Positions 37,106 to 47,301 of a stretch of 64,000 nucleotides of DNA are shown here, in pieces (the first letter of the stretch is position 1; every line of letters starts with the position of its first letter). The notes below the pieces were generated by a model. It did no database searches and was not told the origin of the DNA. It saw only the letters and a program-made list of their open reading frames with translations. The position numbers and the translations under genes were made by a program. This DNA is from Clostridiales bacterium (GTDB lineage Bacteria; Bacillota; Clostridia; Christensenellales; CAG-138), in the NCBI GenBank assembly GCA_004558525.1, contig SFCQ01000003.1:61038-125037 (forward strand). The letters are read 5' to 3'.

Positions 37106-37145
37106 CCGTCGGCACTGCTCCAGTGCCGACGCCAGCCCGGGGAAC

Positions 37146-37174
37146 TAAAAAAGCGTCCACTGGACGCTTTTTTG
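37146..37174. terminator. Bidirectional intrinsic terminator
   Basis: AAAAAAGCGTCCActgGACGCTTTTTT. Confidence 0.75.
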
Positions 37175-37252
37175 CCCTTAGGCCCGTTCCCTTCGAGTCC
37201 CACATCTTCTCATGCAACAAACAAAGCACCCCAAGGTGGGTGCTTTGTTTGC

Positions 37253-37339
37253 TGGTGCCGGAAGTGGGACTCGAACCCACACGTTGTCGCCAACAACGGA
37301 TTTTGAGTCCGTCACGTCTGCCAATTCCATCATTCCGGC
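37253..37339 (-). tRNA. tRNA-Leu (anticodon CAA)
   Basis: Class II cloverleaf with acceptor GCCGGAA/TTCCGGC, anticodon loop CTCAAAA, a long variable arm, T arm GTGGGTTCGAGTCCCAC and an encoded CCA. A hairpin terminator follows at 37224..37252. Confidence 0.9.
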
Positions 37340-37463
37340 GCTAAGTGCGATTGTATCACAATATACTCCCTTTTGCAATACACAACCGCATTTAATAAAG
37401 CCAAACGGCATAAAGCTATACACGCCGTGCCGCTTGGCATGGTTTTTCAAATTGATATTGCTG

Positions 37464-37877
37464 TTAGTGCATTATATATGGCTTGAGAAACTCGGGCGCG
37501 CTTTCCTCGCTGCCGGTTATGCTGAGTATCAGCTTAACGTTGCAGCGGTTCGCAAACTCGTCCATGCCCTTAAACAGCTCCTCAAGAGTGTCCAGCGGGT
37601 GATGGACTATCTTCATAAATCCGTCTATAAATATATATTCAAGGTCAAAGTCCTGTGCGGCAATGCCGGAAATGAATCCAAAGAACATCTTTGGGCTGTC
37701 AATATGAAACTCAGATGCGTCCACAAAGCGAATGTCGTGCTTCAGGCCAAACATGTATTGATTGTCATTATCGATGAAGACAATGCTGCCGTTAGCTGTT
37801 TTAAGCGTTTCGTTGGCAATGTCAATTATGCGCTTGGTCTTGCCGGCGCCAGTTTCGCCAAAGATTACCTGTATCAA
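37464..37877 (-). CDS. Small P-loop NTPase-like protein, unknown function
   Basis: 137 aa with Walker A GETGAGKT at residues 7-14 and a Walker-B-like YIFIDGF. No family recognised. Confidence 0.55.
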   Translation of the reverse strand: MIQVIFGETGAGKTKRIIDIANETLKTANGSIVFIDNDNQYMFGLKHDIRFVDASEFHIDSPKMFFGFISGIAAQDFDLEYIFIDGFMKIVHHPLDTLEELFKGMDEFANRCNVKLILSITGSEESAPEFLKPYIMH

Positions 37878-38058
37878 GATGAGCCTCCCTCTGCGCTTTG
37901 CGCTTATGAAATGATCATGGTTTATTATAACCTCTTTATCGCCCTTTGGGCAATAGCGGTTTATGTAAATTCACCTTAAATACATAAATAAGGAAATAGA
38001 TTCCAGAATAAAACTGTGCTATAATGCAGAAATGAGCGATAAAAAAGGAACCAAGGAT

Positions 38059-38898
38059 ATGAAAAGAGTTTTAGGCTGTATCCGCCGTGCGGACGAAAGA
38101 TACCACATGATACGCGAAGGAGATAAAATATGCGTCGGCGTATCTGGCGGGAAGGACAGCCTTCTTCTGCTGTACGGATTGAAGCTTTATCAGCGCTTCT
38201 GCTACAGGCATTTTGATGTTTGCGGCGTGATGCTCGATCTTGGCATAATGGATCAGGATCTTGCGCCTGTTGAGGATTTTGCGCGCGAAATAGGCGTGCC
38301 TTTTGACATAATAAGGACCGACATAGGCGACGTCGTATTCAATGTGCGCAAGGAATCGCACCCATGCGCGCTTTGCGCAAAGCTCAGGCGCGGCGCGCTG
38401 AACGACGCCGCCAGGCAGCGCGGCTGTAACCTTGTCGCGCTTGGTCATAACAGGGACGATGTTATAGAGACCTTCTTTATGAGCCTTTTATATGAAAGCA
38501 GGCTCAACACATTCGGCCCCGTCACATATCTTGGCAGGAAAGAGGTCACGGTGATACGCCCGCTCGTATTCCTGCCCGAAAAGCAGGCCCTAAGCGTCGC
38601 CACAAGGCTCGAGCTGCCTATACGCAAGCCCAATTGCCCCGTCGCGGGCCTGACAAAAAGGGAGGAAATGAAGCAGGTTATGCGCTTTTTCACCAGCCTT
38701 ATCCCCGATGCTGAGGAGCGCATAATGAACGCCATTGCTGATACGGAAAAATACGGTATGTGGGATAGGCTAAGGCTCCCGCCAAGGGACATAGCGGATA
38801 TGACAAACTCCTCATCAGCGCCTGAGCTATGCAGGGATTGCCCAAGCAGGGCGGCGTCAGCTCATACCAACAGCGGAGGCCCGCATGAAGCTGAGTGA
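38059..38898 (+). CDS. ttcA: PP-loop ATPase, TtcA-like tRNA 2-thiocytidine synthetase family
   Basis: ORF 38032..38898, with the start at MKRVLGCIRRADERY preferred. Motifs SGGKDS, HPCALCAKLRRG and GHNRDDVIETFFM. Confidence 0.75.
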   Translation: MKRVLGCIRRADERYHMIREGDKICVGVSGGKDSLLLLYGLKLYQRFCYRHFDVCGVMLDLGIMDQDLAPVEDFAREIGVPFDIIRTDIGDVVFNVRKESHPCALCAKLRRGALNDAARQRGCNLVALGHNRDDVIETFFMSLLYESRLNTFGPVTYLGRKEVTVIRPLVFLPEKQALSVATRLELPIRKPNCPVAGLTKREEMKQVMRFFTSLIPDAEERIMNAIADTEKYGMWDRLRLPPRDIADMTNSSSAPELCRDCPSRAASAHTNSGGPHEAE

Positions 38899-39181
38899 AA
38901 ACACGCTTTTTATCATAATAGTCGGCTATATGCTCATAATGAGCCTTATATTGTTTATAATGATGGGCATAGACAAGGCCAGGGCCAAAGCTGGCAGCAG
39001 GAGAATACGGGAAAGGACTCTGTTTATATTAGCGGCGCTTGGCGGCGCACTCGGCGGCGTGCTTGGCATGAGCGTGTTCCATCATAAAACGCTGCACACC
39101 TCTTTCAGGCTCGGCATGCCCGCGCTTATGGCGCTCAACTTCGCCGCTGCGTTTGCGCTGATGTGGTTCAATGGAAGATAA
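38885..39181 (+). CDS. DUF1294-type small membrane protein
   Basis: 98 aa: GIDKARAKAGSRRIRERTL...GGALGGVLGMSVFHHKT, typical of DUF1294. Confidence 0.7.
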   Translation: MKLSENTLFIIIVGYMLIMSLILFIMMGIDKARAKAGSRRIRERTLFILAALGGALGGVLGMSVFHHKTLHTSFRLGMPALMALNFAAAFALMWFNGR

Positions 39182-39351
39182 GCCTTCACCCGGCTAAAAG
39201 ATAAAAGCCGCTTTGTTTTACCAAGGCGGCTTACCTATATTTGTTTTTTAACCGGCAGTATGCTTTTTACTGCCCCTATCAAGCTTTGGCGCCTCTATGA
39301 GCATCATAAGCTCCCATATAGAGACTGCTGCCGTTGCCTGATACGCTTGTT

Positions 39352-40344
39352 TCACTTTATCTCGCCGCAGATATTCTGCTGCATAAGCTTGCGTACATTC
39401 TCCATGCTGAAGCTTTCCCCCAGCTTGCCAAGCGCCCACATGAGCTTTGTAACGGCGGCTTCCGTAGTCATATCCCTTGCGGATATAACTCCCGCCGCTC
39501 TAAGCGGCGCCGATACCTGATATACATCGGGATTGCTGGCTTCATAAAGGCACTGCGATGTAAGTATCACGGGAATGTTCTGCTCTATCAGCTTATGCAG
39601 GCTTTCGGCATGGTCGCGCCTTATGCTATGCACACCGCCAAGGCCGAACGCCTCCACAACAACTCCCCTCACGCCGCAGCTCGCAAGCCCCACTATTGTT
39701 GCCGGAAGCGCGCCGGGTATAAGCTTGATAAGCGCCACGCGCGACTCTATATTCGTAAAAAAGTCAAGCTTGCCGGCCTGTTTTTCGTCCATACCCGCCA
39801 TCGGTATAAATATGCCGTCCTCAAACCTGCCAACGTTGGGGCAGTTTATCGATTCAAATGCGTTAAGCGACATCGTTCTTGTTTTGACCGCCCTACAGCC
39901 CCTTATCACGCTGCCGCCAAAGCATATGTACACGCCGCCGGGCAGCAGCCTTGCCGCCTCCAGCGCATCGCCAAGGTTCCTCAGCCCGTCCGAATCAGGC
40001 GCGCCTATAGGGTACTGCGCTCCGGTAAGGACTATTGGCTTATCTATACCCCTAAGCATGAACGAAAGCATGGACGAGGTATACGCCATTGTGTCCGTTC
40101 CGTGTGTTATAACTATGCCGTCATATTTATCCACGGAATCTACAACCGCTTCCGCCATTACGCGCCATTCCTCCGGCTGAATGTTGGAGCTGTCCATTCT
40201 AAAAAGCTCCATGCTGTCAACATTTTCGGCTCTTTGTGGGACATAGGAAAGCAGCTGCTCGGAGCTTAGCTGCGGCGCAAGGCCGGCACTCGTCTGCTTG
40301 CAGGCTATGGTGCCCCCTGTGGCTATCAATAGTATTTTCTTCAT
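39352..40344 (-). CDS. ansA: L-asparaginase, type I
   Basis: 330 aa: ATGGTIA, HGTDTMAYTSS. Confidence 0.85.
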   Translation of the reverse strand: MKKILLIATGGTIACKQTSAGLAPQLSSEQLLSYVPQRAENVDSMELFRMDSSNIQPEEWRVMAEAVVDSVDKYDGIVITHGTDTMAYTSSMLSFMLRGIDKPIVLTGAQYPIGAPDSDGLRNLGDALEAARLLPGGVYICFGGSVIRGCRAVKTRTMSLNAFESINCPNVGRFEDGIFIPMAGMDEKQAGKLDFFTNIESRVALIKLIPGALPATIVGLASCGVRGVVVEAFGLGGVHSIRRDHAESLHKLIEQNIPVILTSQCLYEASNPDVYQVSAPLRAAGVISARDMTTEAAVTKLMWALGKLGESFSMENVRKLMQQNICGEIK

Positions 40345-40411
40345 AATTCGGACTGCTCCCTTTTTAATAATCGAATACGCGCTTATCGCCGCATGTCAAA
40401 TCAAGCATGTT

Positions 40412-41599
40412 TTATATAAGCCCCCTCTTTTTCAGTATGGGCTTTATGGCGTTTTCAAGCCTTTCAAGCGCCTTTATAAGCTCGCTTTCCGGCAGCGCAA
40501 GATTCCACCTTGCAAAGCCGCTGCCGTTAGCGCCGAATATATACCCTTCGTCAAGATCAAGATACGCATCGACATGCATCTTTTTCTGCTCCTCATCGTT
40601 AAGGCCAAGCGCACGCATGTCCAGCCAGGCTAAATAAGTGCCCTCTGCGCGTATGCACTTGAGCATGGGCAGCCTTGCCCCGATAAAGCCGTAGAAGGTA
40701 TTAAAATTAGCCTCTATGGCATTTATCATCTCGTCTATCCATTCGTCGCAATCGTTGTGCGCGGCTATGCTCACGGCCCTTGCAAAGTAAGGCACGGTAT
40801 CCGCCATAGAGCGCATCTTTTCAAGCGTAAAGCTATCATAGCGCTCCCTGTTGGGTATAAATATATCCGAACACAAAAGCCCCGCAACGTTGAACGTCTT
40901 GCTCATTGCCGTGCAGACCATGCAATTATCCAAAAACTCGTCAAAAGTCAAGAATGAATGATGCTTTGCGCCATTAAGCAGTATATCGCAATGTATCTCG
41001 TCCGCAAGAACAAATACGCCGTGCTTTTTGCATATTCGCCCAACAGCCAGAAGCTCCTCTTCCCTCCATACCCTGCCGACGGGATTATGCGGGCTGCAAA
41101 GTATCATAAGGTGTATGTCGTCCCTTGCACAAAGCTTTTCAAGGTTTTCAAGGTCCATCTCATAACGGCCGTCTTTAAGTATCAGCCTGTTTTCGGCCAC
41201 CTTGCGGCCGTTCATCTCAATAGCCCTGAAAAACGGCGTGTAGACAGGGCTTTGTATTATAACGCCCTCATCCGGCCTGGCAAACGTTTTTACCGCAAGG
41301 CTCAGCGCCGGCACTATTCCGCCCGTCACCGTATGCCATTCGCGCTTCACCTCATATCCGTGGCGCCTTATATAATAGCCCCTTACGGCGTTATAGTATT
41401 CATCATCGGCGCCCGTATAGCCGTATACGCCGTGTTCGGCGGCTTTGATTATTGCCCGGGTTATCTGCGGCGCCACCTTAAACTCCATATCAGCTATTGA
41501 AAGCGGCGCTAAACCTGCTTTTTTTATGTTTTCTGGCGTATGGTCCCATTTAAGCGAGCCTGTATTCTTTCTGTCAACTATCGTTGTGAAATCGTACAT
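40412..41599 (-). CDS. patB: MalY/PatB-family PLP-dependent C-S lyase (cystathionine beta-lyase-like)
   Basis: ORF 40412..41734 trimmed to MYDFTTIVDRKNTGSLKWD (GGAGG RBS), the typical PatB N-terminus. Class I/II aminotransferase fold. Confidence 0.8.
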   Translation of the reverse strand: MYDFTTIVDRKNTGSLKWDHTPENIKKAGLAPLSIADMEFKVAPQITRAIIKAAEHGVYGYTGADDEYYNAVRGYYIRRHGYEVKREWHTVTGGIVPALSLAVKTFARPDEGVIIQSPVYTPFFRAIEMNGRKVAENRLILKDGRYEMDLENLEKLCARDDIHLMILCSPHNPVGRVWREEELLAVGRICKKHGVFVLADEIHCDILLNGAKHHSFLTFDEFLDNCMVCTAMSKTFNVAGLLCSDIFIPNRERYDSFTLEKMRSMADTVPYFARAVSIAAHNDCDEWIDEMINAIEANFNTFYGFIGARLPMLKCIRAEGTYLAWLDMRALGLNDEEQKKMHVDAYLDLDEGYIFGANGSGFARWNLALPESELIKALERLENAIKPILKKRGLI

Positions 41600-41754
41600 G
41601 TATGAACCTCCGTGATTTGTCACTTGCATTGTAGCACAGTATTTGCAAAATTTGAATCTTAAGCGCAAAGTATCCAAAATATATTTTGCAATATTGAACC
41701 CTGCCGCATTTGCGGTTATAATCATACACAGCATAACTATATAAGGAGCAGCAT

Positions 41755-43065
41755 ATGAAGCTTAACTACAAACGCACATTTCTTGTTGGCCTTGCGTTCT
41801 TTTCCATCTGCGCTTTTTGGCAAATGTACGATGGCATAATACCCCTTATACTGCGCGACACCTATCAGCTTGACAATGCAAAGCGCGGCATAGTTATGGG
41901 TATAGACAATATGCTCGCGCTTTTCCTGCTTCCGCTTTTCGGCACTCTTTCGGATAAAAAGGGCCGCCGCATGCCGTTTATAGTCATAGGCACCGCGCTT
42001 GCTGCCGCGCTTACCATGCTGCTTGCATTTATAATTAAAAGATACGACCCCGCAGCGCCTACGGCATCATTGATAGTATTCTTCATTACGCTGATGGCGT
42101 TGCTGATATCCATGGGGCTTTACCGCTCGCCCGCGGTGGCGCTCATGGCGGACGTTACGCCAAAGCCGTTGCGCAGTCAGGGCAATGCGGTGATAAACCT
42201 GATGGGCGCTTTCGGCGGGCTGTACACGCTTGTGATGATTAAGCTTCTGGCAAAGGCCGACAGCGAAGGTCATTATGACTACACGCTGCTTTTCCTCTCC
42301 GTCATAGGCCTTATGATAGCCGCCGTTACCGTGCTTATGCTCACCATACGCGAAAGAAAGCTTGTTGAAGAGATGAAGGCCATAAACTATGGCGTAAGCG
42401 AGGACGAGGATCAGGGAAAGACCGAGACCGTTAACGGCCACGAAAAGCTGCCAAGGCCCGTATTCAAAAGCCTGCTCTTGATACTTACAACGATAGGGCT
42501 TTGGTTCCTTGGCTACAATGCCGTTACTACTTTCTTCACAAGCTACGCTACCGCCACCTGGAAAGGCGGCCTCAGCCACGCCTCAACCTGCCTTATGGTG
42601 GCTACCGTTGCGGCAGTGGCGTCATATATACCGATAGGCTTTATAAGCGCAAAGATAGGGCGCAAGAACATGATACGCATAGGCCTTATCACGGCGGCAG
42701 CAGGCTTTGCGGTCGCCACATTCTGTGCGCATGAATTCAGCTTTTATCTTTACATCGTGTTTGCGGTCGTAGGCTTTGCGCAGGCTGCTGTAACCGTGAA
42801 CACGTTTCCTATGGTTTGGGAAATAAGCCGTACAGGCAACGTTGGCAAATACACGGGCTTCTATTATACGGTATCCATGACCGCGCAGACGGTAACGCCC
42901 TTTTTCGTGGGCATATTCCTCGATAAGCTCGGCAATGACGCGCTGTTCCCGTACGGTTTTGTGTTTGTGCTGCTGGCTCTTGTTCCCATAAGCCTTGCAA
43001 AGCATGGCGACAACAAGCCCGAGGTGCTTAAGAACAAGCTTGAAGCCTTTGATGTGGACGATTGA
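41755..43065 (+). CDS. MFS transporter
   Basis: 436 aa with a 12-TM profile and the MFS loop motif GTLSDKKGRR. Confidence 0.8.
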   Translation: MKLNYKRTFLVGLAFFSICAFWQMYDGIIPLILRDTYQLDNAKRGIVMGIDNMLALFLLPLFGTLSDKKGRRMPFIVIGTALAAALTMLLAFIIKRYDPAAPTASLIVFFITLMALLISMGLYRSPAVALMADVTPKPLRSQGNAVINLMGAFGGLYTLVMIKLLAKADSEGHYDYTLLFLSVIGLMIAAVTVLMLTIRERKLVEEMKAINYGVSEDEDQGKTETVNGHEKLPRPVFKSLLLILTTIGLWFLGYNAVTTFFTSYATATWKGGLSHASTCLMVATVAAVASYIPIGFISAKIGRKNMIRIGLITAAAGFAVATFCAHEFSFYLYIVFAVVGFAQAAVTVNTFPMVWEISRTGNVGKYTGFYYTVSMTAQTVTPFFVGIFLDKLGNDALFPYGFVFVLLALVPISLAKHGDNKPEVLKNKLEAFDVDD

Positions 43066-43080
43066 TAGGGCATTGAGCGT

Positions 43081-44103
43081 ATGAAGGAATTATATATCAT
43101 AGGCGGCCCGATGGGCGTTGGCAAAACGGCCGCCTGCCGTAAGCTGCAAAACAAGCTTGACAGCTCGGTATTCCTTGATGGCGACTGGTGCTGGGATATG
43201 CGCCCTTTTACGGTTAATGCGGAAACAAGGGCAATGGTTATCGACAACATCTGCCATACGCTTAACAACTTTATACATTGTTCGGAATATGAAAGCATAA
43301 TATTCTGCTGGGTAATGCATCAAGCCGATATAATAAGCAGCATCTTGAGCCGCATAAACACAGGGCTTTGCAGAATAAGGCTAATATCGTTGGTTTGCAG
43401 CGAAGCAGAGCTTGAAAAGCGCATAACAAAGGACATTAAGCTTGGCTTGAGGGGCGAAGACGCGCTTGAAAGAAGCCTTGGCTATCTTCCCATGTATGAT
43501 AAGCTGGATACGGTTAAGCTGGATACCACATCGCTCACTCCGGATGAGTGCGCCGAAAGAATAATGGCAGTCAAGCCGTTTATAAAAGGCGCAGTAATAG
43601 AGACCGAAAGGCTTTATTTAAGGCAGATGAGTCAAAGCGACTTTGACGATATAGCGCTTATCCTTAAGGATCCTGATACCATGTATGCCTATGAGCATGG
43701 CTTTTCCGATGAAGAGGTAAGCGATTGGATAAACAGGCAGCTGATGCGCTATGACAAATACGGCTTTGGCCTGTGGGCGGCCATAGAAAAAGCCTCCGGG
43801 AGGCTGATAGGCCAATGCGGACTTAGCATGCAGGACGCCGGCGGCAAAGAAGTGCTTGAGATAGGCTACCTTTTTAACAAGGCTTATTGGCATAGAGGCT
43901 TTGCTGCGGAGGCTGCTGCTGCATGCAAAAAGTACGCTTTCGATATACTTGGCGCGGACGAGGTATGCTCCATAATCCGCAGCAGCAATATAGCCTCCCA
44001 GCGTGTTGCCGAGCGCAACGGCATGAAGATGGTGTCAAGCTTTGTTAAGCATTATTACGGCATCGATATGCCGCATCTTGTGTTCTCGGTAAGGCGCGGC
44101 TGA
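43081..44103 (+). CDS. Fusion protein: P-loop kinase-like domain plus GNAT N-acetyltransferase
   Basis: The N-terminal ~165 aa carry Walker A GGPMGVGKT. The C-terminal ~170 aa form a RimJ/RimL-type GNAT (TERLYLRQMSQSDF...GYLFNKAYWHRGFAAEAA...N.ASQRVAERNGM). Confidence 0.7.
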   Translation: MKELYIIGGPMGVGKTAACRKLQNKLDSSVFLDGDWCWDMRPFTVNAETRAMVIDNICHTLNNFIHCSEYESIIFCWVMHQADIISSILSRINTGLCRIRLISLVCSEAELEKRITKDIKLGLRGEDALERSLGYLPMYDKLDTVKLDTTSLTPDECAERIMAVKPFIKGAVIETERLYLRQMSQSDFDDIALILKDPDTMYAYEHGFSDEEVSDWINRQLMRYDKYGFGLWAAIEKASGRLIGQCGLSMQDAGGKEVLEIGYLFNKAYWHRGFAAEAAAACKKYAFDILGADEVCSIIRSSNIASQRVAERNGMKMVSSFVKHYYGIDMPHLVFSVRRG

Positions 44104-45488
44104 GGCTCGCTTTCAGCTTTTTGATTCAGGCTCAACGACCTTAGGAACACAGTATACATTATTATTGCCGCTATGCAGCAGGCTATGTCCGCCATAGGCG
44201 TGGCCCAAACTATGCCGTATATCGGTATAATAGGCCTCATAACGAACATAAGCGGTATATCCAGCATACCCTTGCGCATAAGCGCCAGGGCAAGCGACCT
44301 TGCCCCATGCCCCGTCGCCTGGAAGAAGGATATAACCGTATACGCCAATGCCGAGAACGGGCCGCCTATACAGAGTATTCTCAAGAACCTTGCGCCCATT
44401 TCAACGGATATCGAGCCATGCTGTATGAACAAGCCTATAAGCTCCCTGTTAAATATCAGCGATATGCCCATGCATACCGATGCTAACCCAACAGCTATTC
44501 CGGCCGCCATAAGCGCGGCCTTTTTCATGCGCTTATGGTCGCCGGAAGCGAAATTATAGCCTATAAGCGGCAGCACACCCTGCGCCATTCCCCTTGCTAT
44601 GCAGTGCGACAGCATATTAACCTTTTTGGCTACGCCTATGCCAGCCTGAGCTGCCGGCCCATATGCCGCCATAAGATTGCCAAGCACAGCATAGGATATG
44701 TTTTCGCAAAGCGTCATAAGGCATGCGGGCAGACCGACACAGAGCACCTCGGCCGCTATATCCTTAATAAAGCTATGCTTTGGCAAAAAGCTCAGCGTTG
44801 TATTGCGCCTGTTTTTAAGCATCACAAACGCAAAATACATAGCTGATATAACGTTTGAAAGCATTGTAGCAAGCGCAGCGCCCAACGGTTCGCTGCCCGG
44901 CGAAAGCAGCACGAACATGAACAGCGGGTCAAGCGCTATGTTTGCGGCTCCGCCTATGGCTATGCCTATGCTCGCCTGCATGCTCCTGCCCTCAGCGCGC
45001 AAAAGGTGCGCCATCAGCCCGCCAAACGCCGTGCTTAAGCCGCCGAATGCAACGGTGCATATAAGATATGCTCTTGCATGCGAATGTACAGTCAGGTTAG
45101 AGCCGCCGAGCAGGTCCACTACCATATCCGCAGATAAAAGCACCGTAAGCGAATACGCGGCCGTAACGGCCATGCAGCCCCAAAACGCAAACGCGGCCGC
45201 ATGCTTTGCGCGCTCCCTGTCGCCGGCGCCCATAGCCCTTGATATCGCGCTTGCGCCGCCCACGCCAAACAGGTTAGCTATAGCGCTCAGTATCATAAAT
45301 GCAGGCATGCATACGGTAACAGACGTTATCATTGCATCGCTGCCCGTAAGGCCGACAAAAAAAGTGTCCGCCATGTTATATATAACAAGTATTATCTGAC
45401 CCGCTACGGCCGGCATGGCAAGCTTAAATATAGCCGCGGCAATCGGTTCATCTTCAAATAATGCTCTTGATCTCTTTACGCAGTCCAA
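44055..45488 (-). CDS. MATE family efflux transporter
   Basis: 477 aa with a 12-TM profile and the N-terminus AIFKLAMPAVAGQIILVIYNMADTFFVG. Its 3' end overlaps the convergent gene by 49 nt. Confidence 0.8.
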   Translation of the reverse strand: MDCVKRSRALFEDEPIAAAIFKLAMPAVAGQIILVIYNMADTFFVGLTGSDAMITSVTVCMPAFMILSAIANLFGVGGASAISRAMGAGDRERAKHAAAFAFWGCMAVTAAYSLTVLLSADMVVDLLGGSNLTVHSHARAYLICTVAFGGLSTAFGGLMAHLLRAEGRSMQASIGIAIGGAANIALDPLFMFVLLSPGSEPLGAALATMLSNVISAMYFAFVMLKNRRNTTLSFLPKHSFIKDIAAEVLCVGLPACLMTLCENISYAVLGNLMAAYGPAAQAGIGVAKKVNMLSHCIARGMAQGVLPLIGYNFASGDHKRMKKAALMAAGIAVGLASVCMGISLIFNRELIGLFIQHGSISVEMGARFLRILCIGGPFSALAYTVISFFQATGHGARSLALALMRKGMLDIPLMFVMRPIIPIYGIVWATPMADIACCIAAIIMYTVFLRSLSLNQKAESEPQPRLTENTRCGISMP

Positions 45489-45673
45489 TCCTTTTCCCCT
45501 CTTTTATAGACTTATGCCGACGATTTTGGGATACAATTATTAAAAGGGAGCTAAAGCTCTCTTTTTTTTATGCATCTCTATTGCCATCGGTTTATAGATA
45601 TGATATGCTGGTAACAGAATAAATGCAAATTATACTTTTCTTTATTGCGATTAAGATTTGTAATGGAGGCAAT

Positions 45674-46576
45674 ATGTTAGGTACAAAAATGGAAACCCTT
45701 TTGGCGGTCGTGGAATATAAAAACTTCACAAAAGCGGCGGAGGCGCTTGCGCTCACGCAGCCTGCCGTAAGCCATCACATAAGCCAGCTTGAGGAGGAGC
45801 TTGGCGCCGTTTTGTTCGTAAGGAGCAAGGGTGGGCTTAAGCTTACGCCGCAAGGCGAGATAGCCGTGAAATATGCGCGCAGGCTGAAGGCGCTCGACCA
45901 AAAGCTGCACAGGGAGCTTATAAACGTTGAAAAGAGCATAACCAATTTGCGCATAGGCATAACGCATACTGCCGAAAGCAACCTTACCACGCAGGTACTT
46001 GCCAAATGCGCCAACCAGCGTCAGGGCTTAAGCATTACCATAACTACTGATACGATAAAAAATCTTTATGAGATGTTAGAAAATTATGAGATAGACCTGG
46101 CCATTGTTGAAGGTTCGCCCACGGGTTCGTCATTTTCCTCGCTTATGCTTGATACGGATTATCTTGTGTGCGCAATGGCGGTCACGCACCGGCTTGCAAA
46201 CCACGCAATGGTAACGCTGAGCGAATTGAAGGGAGAGCAGATGATACTGCGGCTCCCCTCCTCCGCCACAAGGGCGTTGTTTGAATCCACGCTTGAAAGC
46301 ATAAACGATTCAATAGAAAACTTCAACGTTACCATTGAGGTGGATAACATAGCCACTATAAAGGACCTTGTAAGGAAAGAGCTTGGCGTATCCATACTGC
46401 CGAAAAGCGCATGTATGGATGAGCTTGGTAAGGGCAAGCTTGCTGCGCTGCCAATAGAGAACCTTAGCATGGTGCGCGAAACGAGGATAGTGTACAACCG
46501 CGACTTTTCTCATTTTGACATATTGCAGGAGATAACCAAAACCTATCAGGAAACCGCAAAGAATCAAAGGGGCTGA
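45674..46576 (+). CDS. LysR-family transcriptional regulator
   Basis: ORF trimmed to MLGTKMETLLAVVEYKNFTKAAEALALTQPAVSHHISQLE (GGAGG RBS). Confidence 0.8.
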   Translation: MLGTKMETLLAVVEYKNFTKAAEALALTQPAVSHHISQLEEELGAVLFVRSKGGLKLTPQGEIAVKYARRLKALDQKLHRELINVEKSITNLRIGITHTAESNLTTQVLAKCANQRQGLSITITTDTIKNLYEMLENYEIDLAIVEGSPTGSSFSSLMLDTDYLVCAMAVTHRLANHAMVTLSELKGEQMILRLPSSATRALFESTLESINDSIENFNVTIEVDNIATIKDLVRKELGVSILPKSACMDELGKGKLAALPIENLSMVRETRIVYNRDFSHFDILQEITKTYQETAKNQRG

Positions 46577-46578
46577 GC

Positions 46579-47301
46579 TTATAGCACCTTGCTCAAAAAA
46601 TCCTGAGTCCTTGGGTTCTTCGGATGGTTGAATATATCGTCCGGCGTGCCGCGTTCAAGTATGTTTCCGCCGTCCATAAAAAGCACCCTGTCCGATATCT
46701 CGCGCACAAAGCCCATCTCGTGCGATACTATAACGGTGGTCATTCCGGCCTTTACAAGGTCGCGAATAACGTTAAGCACCTCGCCTACCATTTCCGGGTC
46801 AAGGGCGCTCGTTGGCTCGTCAAACAGCATAACGTCAGGCTCCATAGCAAGCGCGCGCACTATGGCGAGCCTCTGCTTCTGCCCGCCGGAAAGCTTGTTC
46901 GGGTGTTCATCGCGCTTTTCGTACAGGCCTACCTTTTTAAGCAGCGCTTCGGCCTGAGCTGTAGCCTCCTCTTTTGTCTTAAGCTTTTGCAGCACAGGCG
47001 CCATGGTTATGTTGTCAATACAGCTCATGTGCGGGAACACATTAAAGCCCTGGAACACCATGCCCATGCGTCTCCTGTAAAGGTTTATGTCAACGCCCTT
47101 TTGGTTGAGCACATGCCCTTCAAACTCAACCGTGCCGCTATCCGGAATTTCAAGCAGGTTAAGGCACCTTAAAAATGTGCTTTTTCCGCTTCCGGAGGGG
47201 CCTATTATGGAAACAGCCTCTCCCTTTTCAACCTGCTCGCTTACGCCGTCAAGCACCTTAAGCTCGCCAAAGCTCTTATGCAGATCAGTCACCTTAATCA
47301 T
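46579..47301 (-). CDS. Amino acid ABC transporter ATP-binding protein
   Basis: Trimmed to [12 protein letters not shown]. Motifs [35 protein letters not shown]. Confidence 0.9.
   Translation of the reverse strand: MIKVTDLHKSFGELKVLDGVSEQVEKGEAVSIIGPSGSGKSTFLRCLNLLEIPDSGTVEFEGHVLNQKGVDINLYRRRMGMVFQGFNVFPHMSCIDNITMAPVLQKLKTKEEATAQAEALLKKVGLYEKRDEHPNKLSGGQKQRLAIVRALAMEPDVMLFDEPTSALDPEMVGEVLNVIRDLVKAGMTTVIVSHEMGFVREISDRVLFMDGGNILERGTPDDIFNHPKNPRTQDFLSKVL

Noticed and set aside
44055-44103. A 49-nt convergent overlap between the kinase-GNAT gene and the MATE gene.
   Set aside because: The MATE tail in the overlap (…QKAESEPQPRLTENTRCGISMP) looks like unconserved read-through to the next stop. It is probably just the absence of an earlier stop rather than a functional antisense arrangement.
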